Assembly: GCF_009914755.1 (NCBI RefSeq)
Contig: NC_060932.1
DNA length: 64,000 nucleotides
Origin: the human T2T-CHM13v2.0 reference genome, Homo sapiens
Strand: one strand, 5' to 3'
The notes below the pieces were generated by a model. The model was not told where the DNA came from, ran no database searches, and saw only the letters and a list, made by a program, of their open reading frames with translations. Positions 43,051 to 55,040 of this stretch are shown here, one piece after another (the stretch's first letter is position 1; every line of letters starts with the position of its first letter). The position numbers were made by a program, and so were the translations under genes.

Positions 43051-43734
43051 CTTAACAGGGACATTTATAAACAGGCCATGTGAGGACACAGCACCCCATT
43101 CCTGGGCTGTGTCATCTTAGAGCAGGGTGGTCTCTCTGAAGACCGGGCTGTCTGCAGAGTGCGTGACATCCATCTGCACCCATCTCCTTCCCAGGGACAG
43201 CCTTTGCTTCAGTTCTTCATGTGGTCACCAAGGAGCAAAGCTCAGAGACAAAAGGCATTCTGCCCAGACAGCCCCAGGCCTTATCATCCATCTCCTGCAG
43301 ACCAGAAACCAGTGCTTGTTAGCCTGGCCACCCCAGACAGCAGACAGGGTATCCCACAGGTGCTTCTGCACGTGGCCAGAGACTCTGCCTCCCCTGCTCA
43401 CCTGTTGGTTCTGAGGAGAAGATGGGAACCAGGCTGGTTTTTCCCAGGGCAGGTTCGATGTGTGAATCCCCCACCGGGTGGTGAAAGCGACAAGCTCTCT
43501 GTCCCGTTTGCTTTCTAAACTGAAGTAAATAACTCAGGTCCTTAATTTTTCATTTTTGTGGTTAATCCTGTTTTCAGACATATCACAGACATGGATGAAA
43601 GGTCATGTTTCTCAGACATCAAGTTAAAAACCAATAGTGACCACAGTCATGAAAGAACATTCAGCCTGAGACAAAAGGGGTTAACGCACAGGGAAGATAA
43701 CGACGGTGAGACCCGCCAGCTGCAGTCCGGGTAG

Positions 43735-46203
43735 GAGAGGGGTGGTGACAGGGGGGGAGGGGGTGGTGATGGGGTGGGAGGGGTGGTGATGGGGTGGGAG
43801 GGGTGGTGATGGGGGGGGAGGGGTGGTGACGGGGGTGGGAGGTGGTGGTGATGGGGTGGGAGGGGGTGGTGATGGGGTGGGAGGGGTGGTGATGGGGGTG
43901 GGAGGGGTGGTGATGGGGTGGGAGGGGTGGTGACGGGGGTGGGAGGTGGTGGTGATGGGGTGGGAGGGGGTGGTGACGGGGGTGGGAGGTGGTGGTGATG
44001 GGGTGGGAGGGGTGGTGACGGGGGTGGGAGGTGGTGGTGACGGGGGTGGGAGGGGGTGGTGATGGGGTGGGAGGGGGTCGTGATAGGGGTGGGAGGGGTG
44101 GTGATGGGGTGGGAGGGGTGGTGATGGGGTGGGAGGGGTGGTGATGGGGGTGGGAGGGGGTCGTGATAGGGGTGGGAGGTGGTGGTGATGGGGGTGGGAG
44201 GGGTGGTGACGGGGGGGAGGGGGTCGTGATAGGGTGGGAGGGGTTGGTGATAGGGGTGGGAGGGGTGGTGACGGGGGTGGGAGGTGGTGGTGATGGGGGG
44301 GGAGGGGTGGTGACGGGGGTGGGAGGTGGTGGTGATGGGGTGGGAGGGGTGGTGATGGGGTGGGAGGGGGTGGTGATGGGGTGGGAGGGGGTCGTGATGG
44401 GGTGGGAGGGGTGGTGACGGGGGTGGGAGGTGGTGGTGATGGGGTGGGAGGGGGTGGTGATGGGGTGGGAGGGGTGGTGATGGGGTGGGAGGGGTGGTGA
44501 CGGGGGTGGGAGGGGGTGGTGATGGGGTGGGAGGGGGTCGTGATAGGGGTGGGAGGGGTGGTGATGGGGGTGGGAGGGGTGGTGACGGGGGGGAGGGGGT
44601 CGTGATAGGGTGGGAGGGGTTGGTGATAGGGGTGGGAGGGGTGTTGATAGGGTGGGAGGTGGTGGTGATAGGGGTGGGAGGGGTGTTGATAGGGTGGGAG
44701 GGGGTGGTGATGGGGTGGGAGGGGTGGTGACGGGGGTGGGAGGTGGTGGTGATGGGGTGGGAGGGGGTGGTGATGGGGTGGGAGGGGGTGGTGATGGGGT
44801 GGGAGGGGTGGTGACGGGGGTGGGAGGGGGTGGTGATGGGGTGGGAGGGGGTCGTGATAGGGGTGGGAGGGGTGGTGATGGGGGTGGGAGGGGTGGTGAC
44901 GGGGGGGAGGGGGTCGTGATAGGGTGGGAGGGGTTGGTGATAGGGGTGGGAGGGGTGTTGATAGGGTGGGAGGTGGTGGTGATAGGGGTGGGAGGGGTGT
45001 TGATAGGGTGGCAGGGGGTGGTGATGGGGTGGGAGGGGTGGTGATGGGGTGGGAGGGGGTGGTGATGGGGTGGGAGGGGGTGGTGATGGGGTGGGAGGGG
45101 GTCGTGATAGGGGTGGGAGGGGTGGTGATGGGGGTGGGAGGGGTGGTGACGGGGGGGAGGGGGTCGTGATAGGGTGGGAGGGGTTGGTGATAGGGGTGGG
45201 AGGGGTGTTGATAGGGTGGGAGGTGGTGGTGATAGGGGTGGGAGGGGTGTTGATAGGGTGGGAGGGGGTGGTGATGGGGTGGGAGGGGTGGTGATGGGGT
45301 GGGAGGGGGTGGTGATGGGGTGGGAGGGGGTGGTGATGGGGTGGGAGGGGGTGGTGATGGGGTGGGAGGGGTGGTGACGGGGGTGGGAGGGGGTGGTGAT
45401 GGGGTGGGAGGGGGTGGTGATGGGGTGGGAGGGGTGGTGATGGGGGTGGGAGGGGTGGTGACGGGGGTGGGAGGGGGTGGTGATGGGGTGGGAGGGGTGG
45501 TGACGGGGGTGGGAGGGGTGGTGATGGGGGTGGGAGGGGTGGTGATGGGGTGGGAGGGGTGGTGACGGGGGTGGGAGGGGTGGTGATGGGGTGGGAGGGG
45601 TCGTGATAGGGGTGGGAGGGGTGGTGATGGGGGTGGGAGGGGGTGGTGATGGGGTGGGAGGGGTGGTGATGGGGGTGGGAGGGGTGGTGATGGGGGTGGG
45701 AGGGGTCGTGATAGGGGTGGGAGGGGTGGTGATGGGGGTGGGAGGGGTGGTGATGGGGGTGGGAGGGGTCGTGATAGGGGTGGGAGGGGTGGTGATGGGG
45801 GTGGGAGGGGTGGTGATGGGGTGGGAGGGGTGGTGACGGGGTGGGAGGGGTGGTGATGGGGTGGGAGGGGTCGTGATAGGGGTGGGAGGGGTGGTGATGG
45901 GGTGGGAGGGGTGGTGATGGGGTGGGAGGGGTGGTGATGGGGGTGGGAGGGGTGGTGACGGGGGTGGGAGGGGTCGTGATAGGGTGGGAGGGGTTGGTGA
46001 TAGGGGTGGGAGGGGTGTTGATAGGGTGGGAGGTGGTGGTGATAGGGGTGGGAGGGGGTCGTGATAGGGGTGGGAGGGGTGGTGATGGGGGTGGGAGACA
46101 GGTGGTGATAGGGGTGGGAGAGGGGTGGGAGATGGTGATAGGGGTGGGAGGGGGTGGTGATGGGGGTGGGAGACACTTGGTGATGGGGTGGGAGAGGGGT
46201 GAT
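43735..46203. repeat. G-rich minisatellite, ~20-21-bp unit x ~120 (ggggtggtgatggggtggga and variants)
   Basis: Continuous tandem array with extreme G skew and recurring variant blocks. Confidence 0.98.
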
Positions 46204-48660
46204 GATACACGCAGGCCCAGTGCTGAGGCTCAGGGAATGTCCGGGGCCTGAGGAACTGAGGGCAAAACCACTGTGCTGTCAACGAGGAGGTTTCCTGTTG
46301 GAAGCCTTGGCTTTGAATACGGACTGTTTTGTTAATAGTCTAGTGAACCAGGCAGGTGTATCCAATATCTGTAAAACTCAGCCTCCTCGTTTGTAAAAGG
46401 AAGACAGTATTTCTGACAGAGTAGTTGAGAAGATTGAGAACCACGCACACGTGGTACCGGGCGACGTGCTTGCTGCTCCACCTGAGCGTGGCGGTTTGCT
46501 CTCATCTGGTCTGGGCACCCGTGTGCTTCCTGGATCAGCCACTCTTGCCCATGTCCCTGTCTGCTCAGTAGCCAAGGAGCACTGTCCTCGGGTGTGGGGC
46601 AGAACCTCCCTTAGGGTGGGGTGGTGTGATTTATGGCAAACCCAAGATCCCAGGTAGAGCTGGCCCTGAGCCCCCGCTGCACAGGGAGCAGGCGGCCTGT
46701 GGGAGAGCTCACTGCTGGGGAGGGCGTCTGTGCAGGATGAATGGGAGCTTCTGAGGCTCAGGACCCCGGAGCAGAAGTCAGGACCCGAAGACATCGGTAA
46801 ATACCTCTGACGCTAACCCCAGTCAGCCCCAACTTTTCGGTGGATGCTTCCATGGGGATTCCTTTTATGTTTACAGCACGTTACGTTTTCTGTTGTGGAC
46901 ACTAATAAGGTTCTGACAGCGCAGAGGCACTGGTTGCATTATTTTCGCCAAGCGTGGGCAGTAGATGTTCGTAGACGGTGGCAACAAGGGCTGTTTCAAT
47001 GGGCATCTTGCTGCTGAGAGACTCATTTTATTTACTGTAAGGGATAAAAATTACACTTCTAATCTCACACACTACTCAGATTTCTGTAGGCCCCAGTAGC
47101 AAGGTGATGTGGGGCCTTGGGAAAGTCTCCCAAAAAGAACAAAACATCACATTCCATGGGTGTGGTTTCTCGGGTACACAGAGCCCTGATGCCAGGACAC
47201 TCCCTCTGAGTCCCAGCGTGCAAAGAGAACCCTCCCGTGGGTGGGTACCAGCTCTCCCTCTCTTCCTCTTCTGTACAAAACAGGGGGCCTCAGGCACCTG
47301 CCACTGGGTTCTAGGTCATCCCAGAACAGGCCTGTGGGCCCAGACGTGCTGTCCAAATGTTGCTCAGGGCCGTTCTCTGCTGGTTCCGCTCCTAAGCCGA
47401 ATGTTGGTTGTGGGCTACTGTGCTCTCCTGGTTACATCCTGAACCCAGGACAACCTGCCCCCCAAATCCCCCACCACTGGGTTCTACTTCCTTGTAGGCT
47501 GGTTTGCATGTCTCATTAGGAATAAGACCACTCCGTGCTATTAATTTTACTTGCTTTTCCCGGCAGAGCCTTTGACACAGGAGTTGGTCGTGAGTCAGTG
47601 GAAATTATGGAATTTGATTGACAAAGCTGAAGTCTACTCAGACTATGCTTTCCTTCCCCAAATTCCCTTGTTGTTTAACCAAGCCTCAACTCTAGTTTTT
47701 AGCTGGACCACACTGAGGCTTCTCTTGTTTCCTCAAGTCTTATAAATACATCCCTGAGATCAGGAGTTCTCAAATGAGAATCCTCAGACTCTCTGCAAAA
47801 TAAAAATTAACAACAAAGATTTTCTTTCAAAATTTTGTGTTTTCATTTCAGTGAGAGTCCAATAAAATTGCTTTCACCAGTCATGAAGGCTAATCACTTT
47901 GCAAGAGGTAATTTGCAATGCAAATGCACCTATTTTCCCCCTCTGGATGTATTTTTAGTTTCTCAGGTCAGTGTTCCTCAAACTGGAACCTAAAAATATA
48001 TTCTCAGAATAACATATTTTCCATCAAAGTGGCTTCTGCATTGCTCAGGTTTGAGAGACTGGACTTCTGAGAGGGGCTGGCATTGCCAGTTCATAGGTAT
48101 TGCCTGACGTGGGGATTTAGAACATGTAGGGAGCCAGGCCCTCCCTGCAGGGTGTCCCCACGTACCTCCCCTCTGCTTTAGTGGCACTGGGAGGCTCTTG
48201 AGGGGAAGGTGCCAGGGTTGCACTGCATCTCCCTTGGAGTGTGGCCTCAGCCCTGAGAGATGGTTCTCCTGGTTCTCTGGATGCGGTCGAAGGTCTGGTT
48301 GTTTATTCTCAAAGTCTGGCATGTTTGAATCACATCATTCTTCCCCAGTTCCACTCTCAGACGGTGAAGTGCTTCTTCCAGTATGTGTGGGCCAAGGTGC
48401 AAATGCCAATTGTGTGACTGCAACACAGAGTCCTGTGGACTGGGCTATGATAGACAGAGATGGCAACCTTAGGTTGATGAGTGTCCTTCTGGTAGCCTCT
48501 GGTGTTATAAAGTGTCATCAGGAAGGGATGGTGAGTCCTGGTGACTGTCACCTTGGGTGACTACCCATATTTGGCCTTCTCTCCTGGCTCACTCCTGCTC
48601 ACCTCTTGGGGCACAATAGGGTTATAATTTCCTCCAGGAAGCTAGGCTAGGAGGGATAGA

Positions 48661-50674
48661 TGTACTAGTCAGGGTTTTCCAGAGAAATAGAGCCATTAGG
48701 ACAAATACTGAGACATAGAAGGAGGTTTATTATGGGAATTGGCTTATGCGATCACCGTGGCTGAGAAGTCCCACAGTCTGTATGGTGGGGACCCTGGAAT
48801 GTCGCTGGTGTAATTCCCCAAACTGCAGACCTGAGCCCTAGGGGCCAGTGTCCACGATCAGGGGAAGGTGGATACCCCAACTCCAAGAGGAGGAGCCAGG
48901 GGAAGATGGATACCCCAACTCCAGGAGGAGGAACCAGGGGAAGTTGGATGTCCCAACTCCAGGAGGAGGAACCAGGGGAAGGCGGATGTCCCAATTCCAA
49001 GAGGAGGAACCAGGGGAAGGTGGATGCCCCAACTCCAGGAGGAGGAACCAGGGGAAGGTGGATGCCCCAACTCCAGGAGGAGGAGCCAGGGGAAGGTGGA
49101 TGCCCCAACTCCAGGAGGAGGAACCAGGGGAAGGTGGATGCCCCAACTCCAGGAGGAGGAGCCAGGGGAAGGTGGATACACCAACTCCAGGAGGAGGAGC
49201 CAGGGGAAGGTGGATGCCCCAACTCCAGGAGGAGGAACCAGGGGAAGGTGGATGCCCCAACTCCAGGAGGAGGAGCCAGGGGAAGGTGGATGCCCCAACT
49301 CCAGGAGGAGGAGCCAGGGGAAGGTGGATGCCCCAACTCCAGGAGGAGGAGCCAGGGGAAGGTGGATGCCCCAACTCCAGGAGGAGGAGCCAAGGGAAGG
49401 TGGATGCCCCAACTCCAGGAGGAGGAGCCAGGGGAAGGTGGATGCCCCAACTCCAGGAGGAGGAACCAGGGGAAGGTGGATGCCCCAACTCCAGGAGGAG
49501 GAACCAGGGGAAGGTGGATGCCCCAACTCCAGGAGGAGGAACCAGGGGAAGGTGGATGCCCCAACTCCAGGAGGAGGAGCCAGGGGAAGGTGGATGCCCC
49601 AACTCCAGGAGGAGGAGCCAGGGGAAGGTGGATGCCCCAACTCCAGGAGGAGGAGCCAGGGGAAGGTGGATGCCCCAACTCCAGGAGGAGGAACCGGGGA
49701 AGGTGGATGCCCCAACTCCAGGAGGAGGAACCAGGGGAAGGTGGATGTCCCAACTCCAGGAGGAGGAGCCAGGGGAAGATGGATGCCCCAACTCCAGGAG
49801 GAGGAGCCAGGGGAAGGTGGATGCCCCAACTCCAGGAGGAGGAGCCAGGGGAAGGTGGATGCCCCAACTCCAGGAGGAGGAGCCAGGGGAAGGTGGATGC
49901 CCCAACTCCAGTAGGAGGAGCCAGGGGAAGGTGGATGTCCCAACTCCAGGAGGAGGAGTCAGGGGAAGGTGGATGCCCCAACTCCAGGAGGAGGAGCCAG
50001 GGGAAGGTGGATACGCCAACTCCAGGAGGAGGAGCCGGGGGAAGCTGGATGCCCCAACTCCAGGAGGAGGAACCAGGGGAAGGTGGATGTCCCCACTCCA
50101 GGAGGAGGAACCAGAGGAAGGTGGATACCCCAACTCCAGGAGGAGGAGCCAAGGGAAGCTGGATGCCCCAACTCCAGGCGGAGGAACCAGGGGAAGTTGG
50201 ATGCCCCAACTCCAGGAGGATGAACCAGGGGAAGGTGGATGTCCCAACTCCAGGAGGAGGAACCAGAGGAAGGTGGATACCCCAAGTCCAGGAGGAGGAG
50301 CCAAGGGAAGGTGGATGCCCCAACTCCAGGAGGAGGAGCCAAGGGAAGGTGGATGCCCCAACTCCAGGAGGAGGAACCAGGGGAAGGTGGATGTTGCAAC
50401 TCCAGGAGGAGGAGCCAGGGGAAGGTGGATGCCCCAACTCCAGGAGGAGGAACAAGTTTACTCTTTCGGTACCTTTTTGTCCCATCTGAGTCCTCAATGA
50501 ATTGGATGGAGTCGGCCCACTCTGGGGACGGGGATCGTCCTTACTCCGTCCACTGAATCTAATGCTCACCTCTTCCAGAAACTCCTTCACAGACACTCAC
50601 AGAAATTCAGGTGTGCCAGCAACCTGGGCCTCTCTTAGCCCAGTCCTGTGGACAGGTTGAAATTAACCACCTCA
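48661..50674 (-). mobile_element. MLT2 (ERVL) LTR split by an internal VNTR
   Basis: tgtactagtcagggttttccagaga...tttattatgggaattggct on the left; ctaatgctcacctcttccagaaactccttcacagacac...aattaacca on the right. Confidence 0.8.
48860..50452. repeat. Minisatellite, 38-bp unit x ~42 (ccccaactccaggaggagga(g/a)ccaggggaaggtggatg)
   Basis: Highly homogeneous central units, more diverged flanking units. Confidence 0.98.
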
Positions 50675-53254
50675 GCAGGTGTGGCCTCTTCTGCATCACG
50701 GGGTGCACCTCCATCACCGTGCGAAAAACAGATGCTTCATGGAAGGCAGTGTCCATTCCTTTGGGTGCAGAGAAAGCTCCTGTTCATCTCCGAAACTTCA
50801 TGCCAGGTCAGCGACTTCTGCAGGACTCGGTCCCGCGCCTGGCATGGTGCTGGGTGCCAGGCTCTGATGATCCATATGCTCACAGTAAATGTAATATCAA
50901 GGAGGATAAAATTAGCCAAGTAGGTTATGGCCAGAGGGAAATTACTTGTTTTTTGCTCAATTTTGATGGAGACTGACAATTATCAATGGTCAATTTTTCT
51001 GATTTTCTATGAGTTTCTTCCACAGACTCTTATGATGCCCTGCCCGCTTACCCAGTATCACTGCTGTCTCCCCAGTTTGCTGCCCTGAACTCAGGTGAGA
51101 GCGCACACTTGCCTTTATACCTGCTGGAGCCATTCTTCTCTTCTTTCTGTTTGGAGCATCCTGAGTGTGTTTCTGGATGTGTGCACGCACACACGCACAC
51201 ATACATGGGTGCCCATGAACAGGCCTCTCGCACCCCCCAGACCCCGGCGTCAGGTGTCAGGGGGAGTGGCTGGTGCTGGGGCTCAGGGAAGGATCAATGA
51301 ATGCAAATGAGGACGTAGGTGCCTCGATTCGGCTGTGACTGGAGCTATGGGGAACCGTCTGTCGAGTGTTTTCTCAACCTTGAGTGCAGTGGGGCTGCAT
51401 TAACGATGGAAAGAAAGGGGCTGCCACAGGGTGAGGCGGGTCCATCCCTACCCGAGTGGCTGTGTCTGACCGCTACCTGGGGAACCTGCAGAAGGTTGGC
51501 ACGCTGCTCTGGCCTCGTGAATCGGGAGCTGCCATCGGCTGAATCAGGTGCTTTAGGAAAAGGTCCGGTCTGCGAGGCCTGTGAAAACCGTGAAGAACTA
51601 CACCCGCAGCAAGCCAGTGTGTACTTGGTAAGGCAACTCATGCTTCTGTTTCCAAGTGCAAGCATCTGTAACGGAAGTGTCGTCTTCAAGATCACAGGGC
51701 GGAGAGAGCGCTGCCCTGATTTTCTTCGCCTTTGTGATCATCAGGCTCTGAAGTTGAGGATGAGTCTGGAGAGCAGTTCTGGGGTCTCTGCAGCTTTTCC
51801 AGGAGGGCTGTCTGCCCGGGTGAAGACACGCTGTCTCAGCTGTTGTTTTAGGACCATGGGCCCTGGGGCCCAGGACAGCAGGAAGGCGGGTCCCAGTCTC
51901 CTTCTGATGGCTCCATCTGCACTGGGTAATTATTTTTGACACGAGGACATTTATCAGTGAGGGTGAGCTGTTTGGAGTGCCTGGAGTGCTCCCAAAAAGG
52001 AGTATTAGAACAGCTCAATCCAACTAAAAACAAACAAACAAACAAACAAAAAAACACCAAAACTGCTAAGTGGGCTTTAGGACTAACAGCCAGATCCCAG
52101 CTACTAGAGTGAATTTAAAGAGTAATAATTAATCCTAACAATTAAGGGAATATATTTTGCCACCTTCTCCCTGAGTGGACGCAGTGAGTGGATTTGGTTG
52201 TGAAGAAGGCAGACGTTGCCTTTCTTATTGAAAAGATGGGTTCATGCAGCAGAGAAAGTAAGCTGGCAGGGATGGGTTTTTTCTGCTCAGGTAGCAGCGA
52301 GAGCGGCAAAGCGATCTGTTTAAACACTGACCTTCCGTGTTTTCCTTGAAACAGAAACAGAATTTTAACACTGGCCTAAAGGATGGTGAGAAATGAACTC
52401 CTGGTTGCCGACCAGACTTCCCCTTCTCATCCCGACGACGCGGGACATAGGGTAGACGGTCCCAATGCCGACGTAAGTTCCACAGTTCATTCCTTTCCAC
52501 GAGGATGCAGTGCCAACCCGGGAAGCCTTTATGGAGTGCCTGGGAGGTGCCCGGCCCTGGGCTTGGTGCAGGGGTGGGCAGTGGTGACAGACAGGAAGGT
52601 CACTGTAGGGGGCACACAGGGCTTTATATCATGTGGAAAGACACACGCCCATGAGTCTCCCAGAAATAGCACATCAGGTACTGCAATGCATGACAGCTTG
52701 AACCCGCAAAGCTGCAGTGAGCCAGAGAAGCCGGGCAGAGGTGGTGTCGGTGAGACCCTCAGGGAAATGCAGAGCAAGCCCGGCCCTCAAGTGTGGGTAG
52801 CTGTGGAGAGGCAGAGAAGGAGAGGACCCGCTGTGAGCATTCCAAGACCAGCACAGTCACGTCCAAAGCAGGAGGCAGAGGTGAAGTCACTCATGTCTCT
52901 GAGGGAGAGATACAGAATTTTCTTCACACGTCAAAGTTAGGTTCTAGTATCAGAGCCCTGCTCATCTCCCTCTTACTCTCATCTGGCCACATCTCCGGGG
53001 CTTCCGCCTCTTCTATGGTCCCCGTGTTCATCTGGGATGCTGCCCTCGTGGCAGAAGATCACTTGCTGGGCCCTCCCAGCCTGGGCTCTTTAAGATTCGA
53101 GGACACCCTTGGGACCCATGGGAAATGGGGCAGAGGCACACAGGGAGGCCCCCATGTATTTTGTCTAAATATTTTAGAGGTTATCGCTAAGTCAGTAACT
53201 GCTGCATGTGTTCCAGCCCCTCAGCTTGACAAACATACATGCAGGAATACAGAC

Positions 53255-53438
53255 CACGGGTATTGGTGGGCAGCAGCTCACATCTGGGTCCTGTTTGTGC
53301 AGAGCCCATGCTCAGCCACGTACGTGCTGGCTGCTTTCATGCCACAAGTCCAAGTTAGGAGCTGAGACAGAGGCTGTGTGGCCCACAAACTGAACCTATC
53401 TACTATCGGGTGCTGTATGCAGAGTCTGCCAACCCCTG
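53255..53438. mobile_element. MER58-like hAT-Charlie remnant
   Basis: tggctgctttcatgccacaa...gagacagaggctgtgtggcccacaaa...tctgccaacccctg terminal motif. Confidence 0.65.
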
Positions 53439-54554
53439 AACTAGATTGGTCTGCATTTAGAATCCTTATTTTCTTAGAGTTCCATGCCATGGGGCATGGG
53501 GAGGGCGGGCCCCCAGCAGGGACCTTCCCCTTTCCCATCCTGCCCATTACCAGGTCCCCAATCAGGGGCCCCCCCATGTATGTGTGTAGCCACCCAATCC
53601 AAGACCATGCGCCCAAGCTCCATCACACCTTTCTATAGATTGCTGAGGCCAGCCAGCTCTTAGGCCTAAGGCCTGCTGTGATGAAGCCAGGTTCATGGGA
53701 GAGGCCCAGGTGAGCCTGGGTCAGACGTGGGCCACCTGGGTGATAAGGGCTAGGGGCTGGTGTGTGTGTGAATAGCACACACAATCACACAGTGTACATG
53801 GAAGGGGCTCAGCTTCCAGGTGGGGGCTTGCCTTTGCCCTGTAGGAGCAGTAGGAGGACCAGCACAGGAGCTTGCAAGCAAGAGCCCAGAGCAAGAGCCC
53901 CTCTCCCCTGGTGTCCAAGGATGGTTCTGCTGACCCAAGGGAGGAACACAAGAAGGGAAGCTTGAGATGCTACAAACAACAAAATGGCACCCTGTGTGCA
54001 AATCCTGGTGAGTGCACTTGTGGGTGCTGCAGCCACAGGCTCTGGAAGACACCCCTGCCTGGGCGAGCCATCCAGTCCTTCTCTTGCTGTTGGGGCCTGG
54101 ATGCTCCAGCAGGGGCATTGGGCTGGGGTGACTCTTCTTTGCTCTGACTTGATGTGAGCCCAGTGGCTGCTTTGGAAGTGTCACCCTCAGGGGGTTTTGG
54201 TTGGCCTAAGAATCAATATTTATAGGGTGTCCTGCATTGTGTGTTTTCTATTTGTAATTCTCAAGCATGGCTCCCATTTCACTTAGTATCCAAAGGAGTA
54301 AGAAATCCTCACGTTGGATTCCATGAACCTAGGAACCCCAGTGTCTTCTGAACAGCCTTTTCCTCTTTGTGTTCCCAGCACACAAACTGTTAGAAAGATT
54401 TATGTTAGAATCCACCCAGCATCTGCTACCCAGAGCCTAATTTTGCCCTCCCTCTGAACTGAATTTTTAAGTTTTAAGTCAAATACTCGCTGATGTTTGC
54501 GCTTCCCCACTTCATGCATATTCTTCACCTGAGCCCCTGCACCTGGGGAGCAAA

Positions 54555-55040
54555 CCCCTGTCCTGGAGGAAGCCTGATGCGCCACCTCCATTGTTAGAAA
54601 GCTCCCTCAGGCTGACGTAACCCTGTCCTGGACCTGGAGAAAGCGTGATTCGCCACCTCCATTGTTAGAAAGCTCTCTCAGGCTGACGTCACCCTGTCCT
54701 GGACCTGGAGGAAGCCTGATTCACCGCCTCGATTTTTAGAAAACTCCTTCAGGCTGTCCTAACCCCATCCTGGACCTGGAGGAAGCGTGATTCGCCACCT
54801 CCATTGTTAGAAAGCTCTCTCAGGCTGACATCACCCTGTCCTGGTCCTGGAGGAAGCCTGATTCGCAGCCTAGATTGCTGGAAAGCTCTCTCAGGCTGGC
54901 GTCACCCTGTCCTGGAGGGAGCGTGATTTGCCGCCTCCACTGTTAGAAAGCTCTCTCAGGCTGAGGTAACACTGTCCTGGTCCTGGAGGAAGCCTGATTC
55001 ACCGCCTCCATTGTTAGAAAGCTCTCTCAGGCTGAGGTAA
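54555..55040. repeat. Minisatellite, ~71-bp unit x 7
   Basis: ccattgttagaaagctc-type anchor at ~54588, 54659, 54730, 54801, 54872, 54937 and 55008. Confidence 0.93.

Noticed and set aside
43661-46282. 873-aa and 831-aa Pro/His/Thr-rich ORFs (extensin/mucin-like)
   Set aside because: Translations of the C-rich strand of the minisatellite, which rarely forms stop codons; open in several frames with no unique domain.
48752-50596. 350-614-aa ORFs on both strands
   Set aside because: The 38-bp unit lacks stops, so nearly all frames are open; the array lies inside an LTR.
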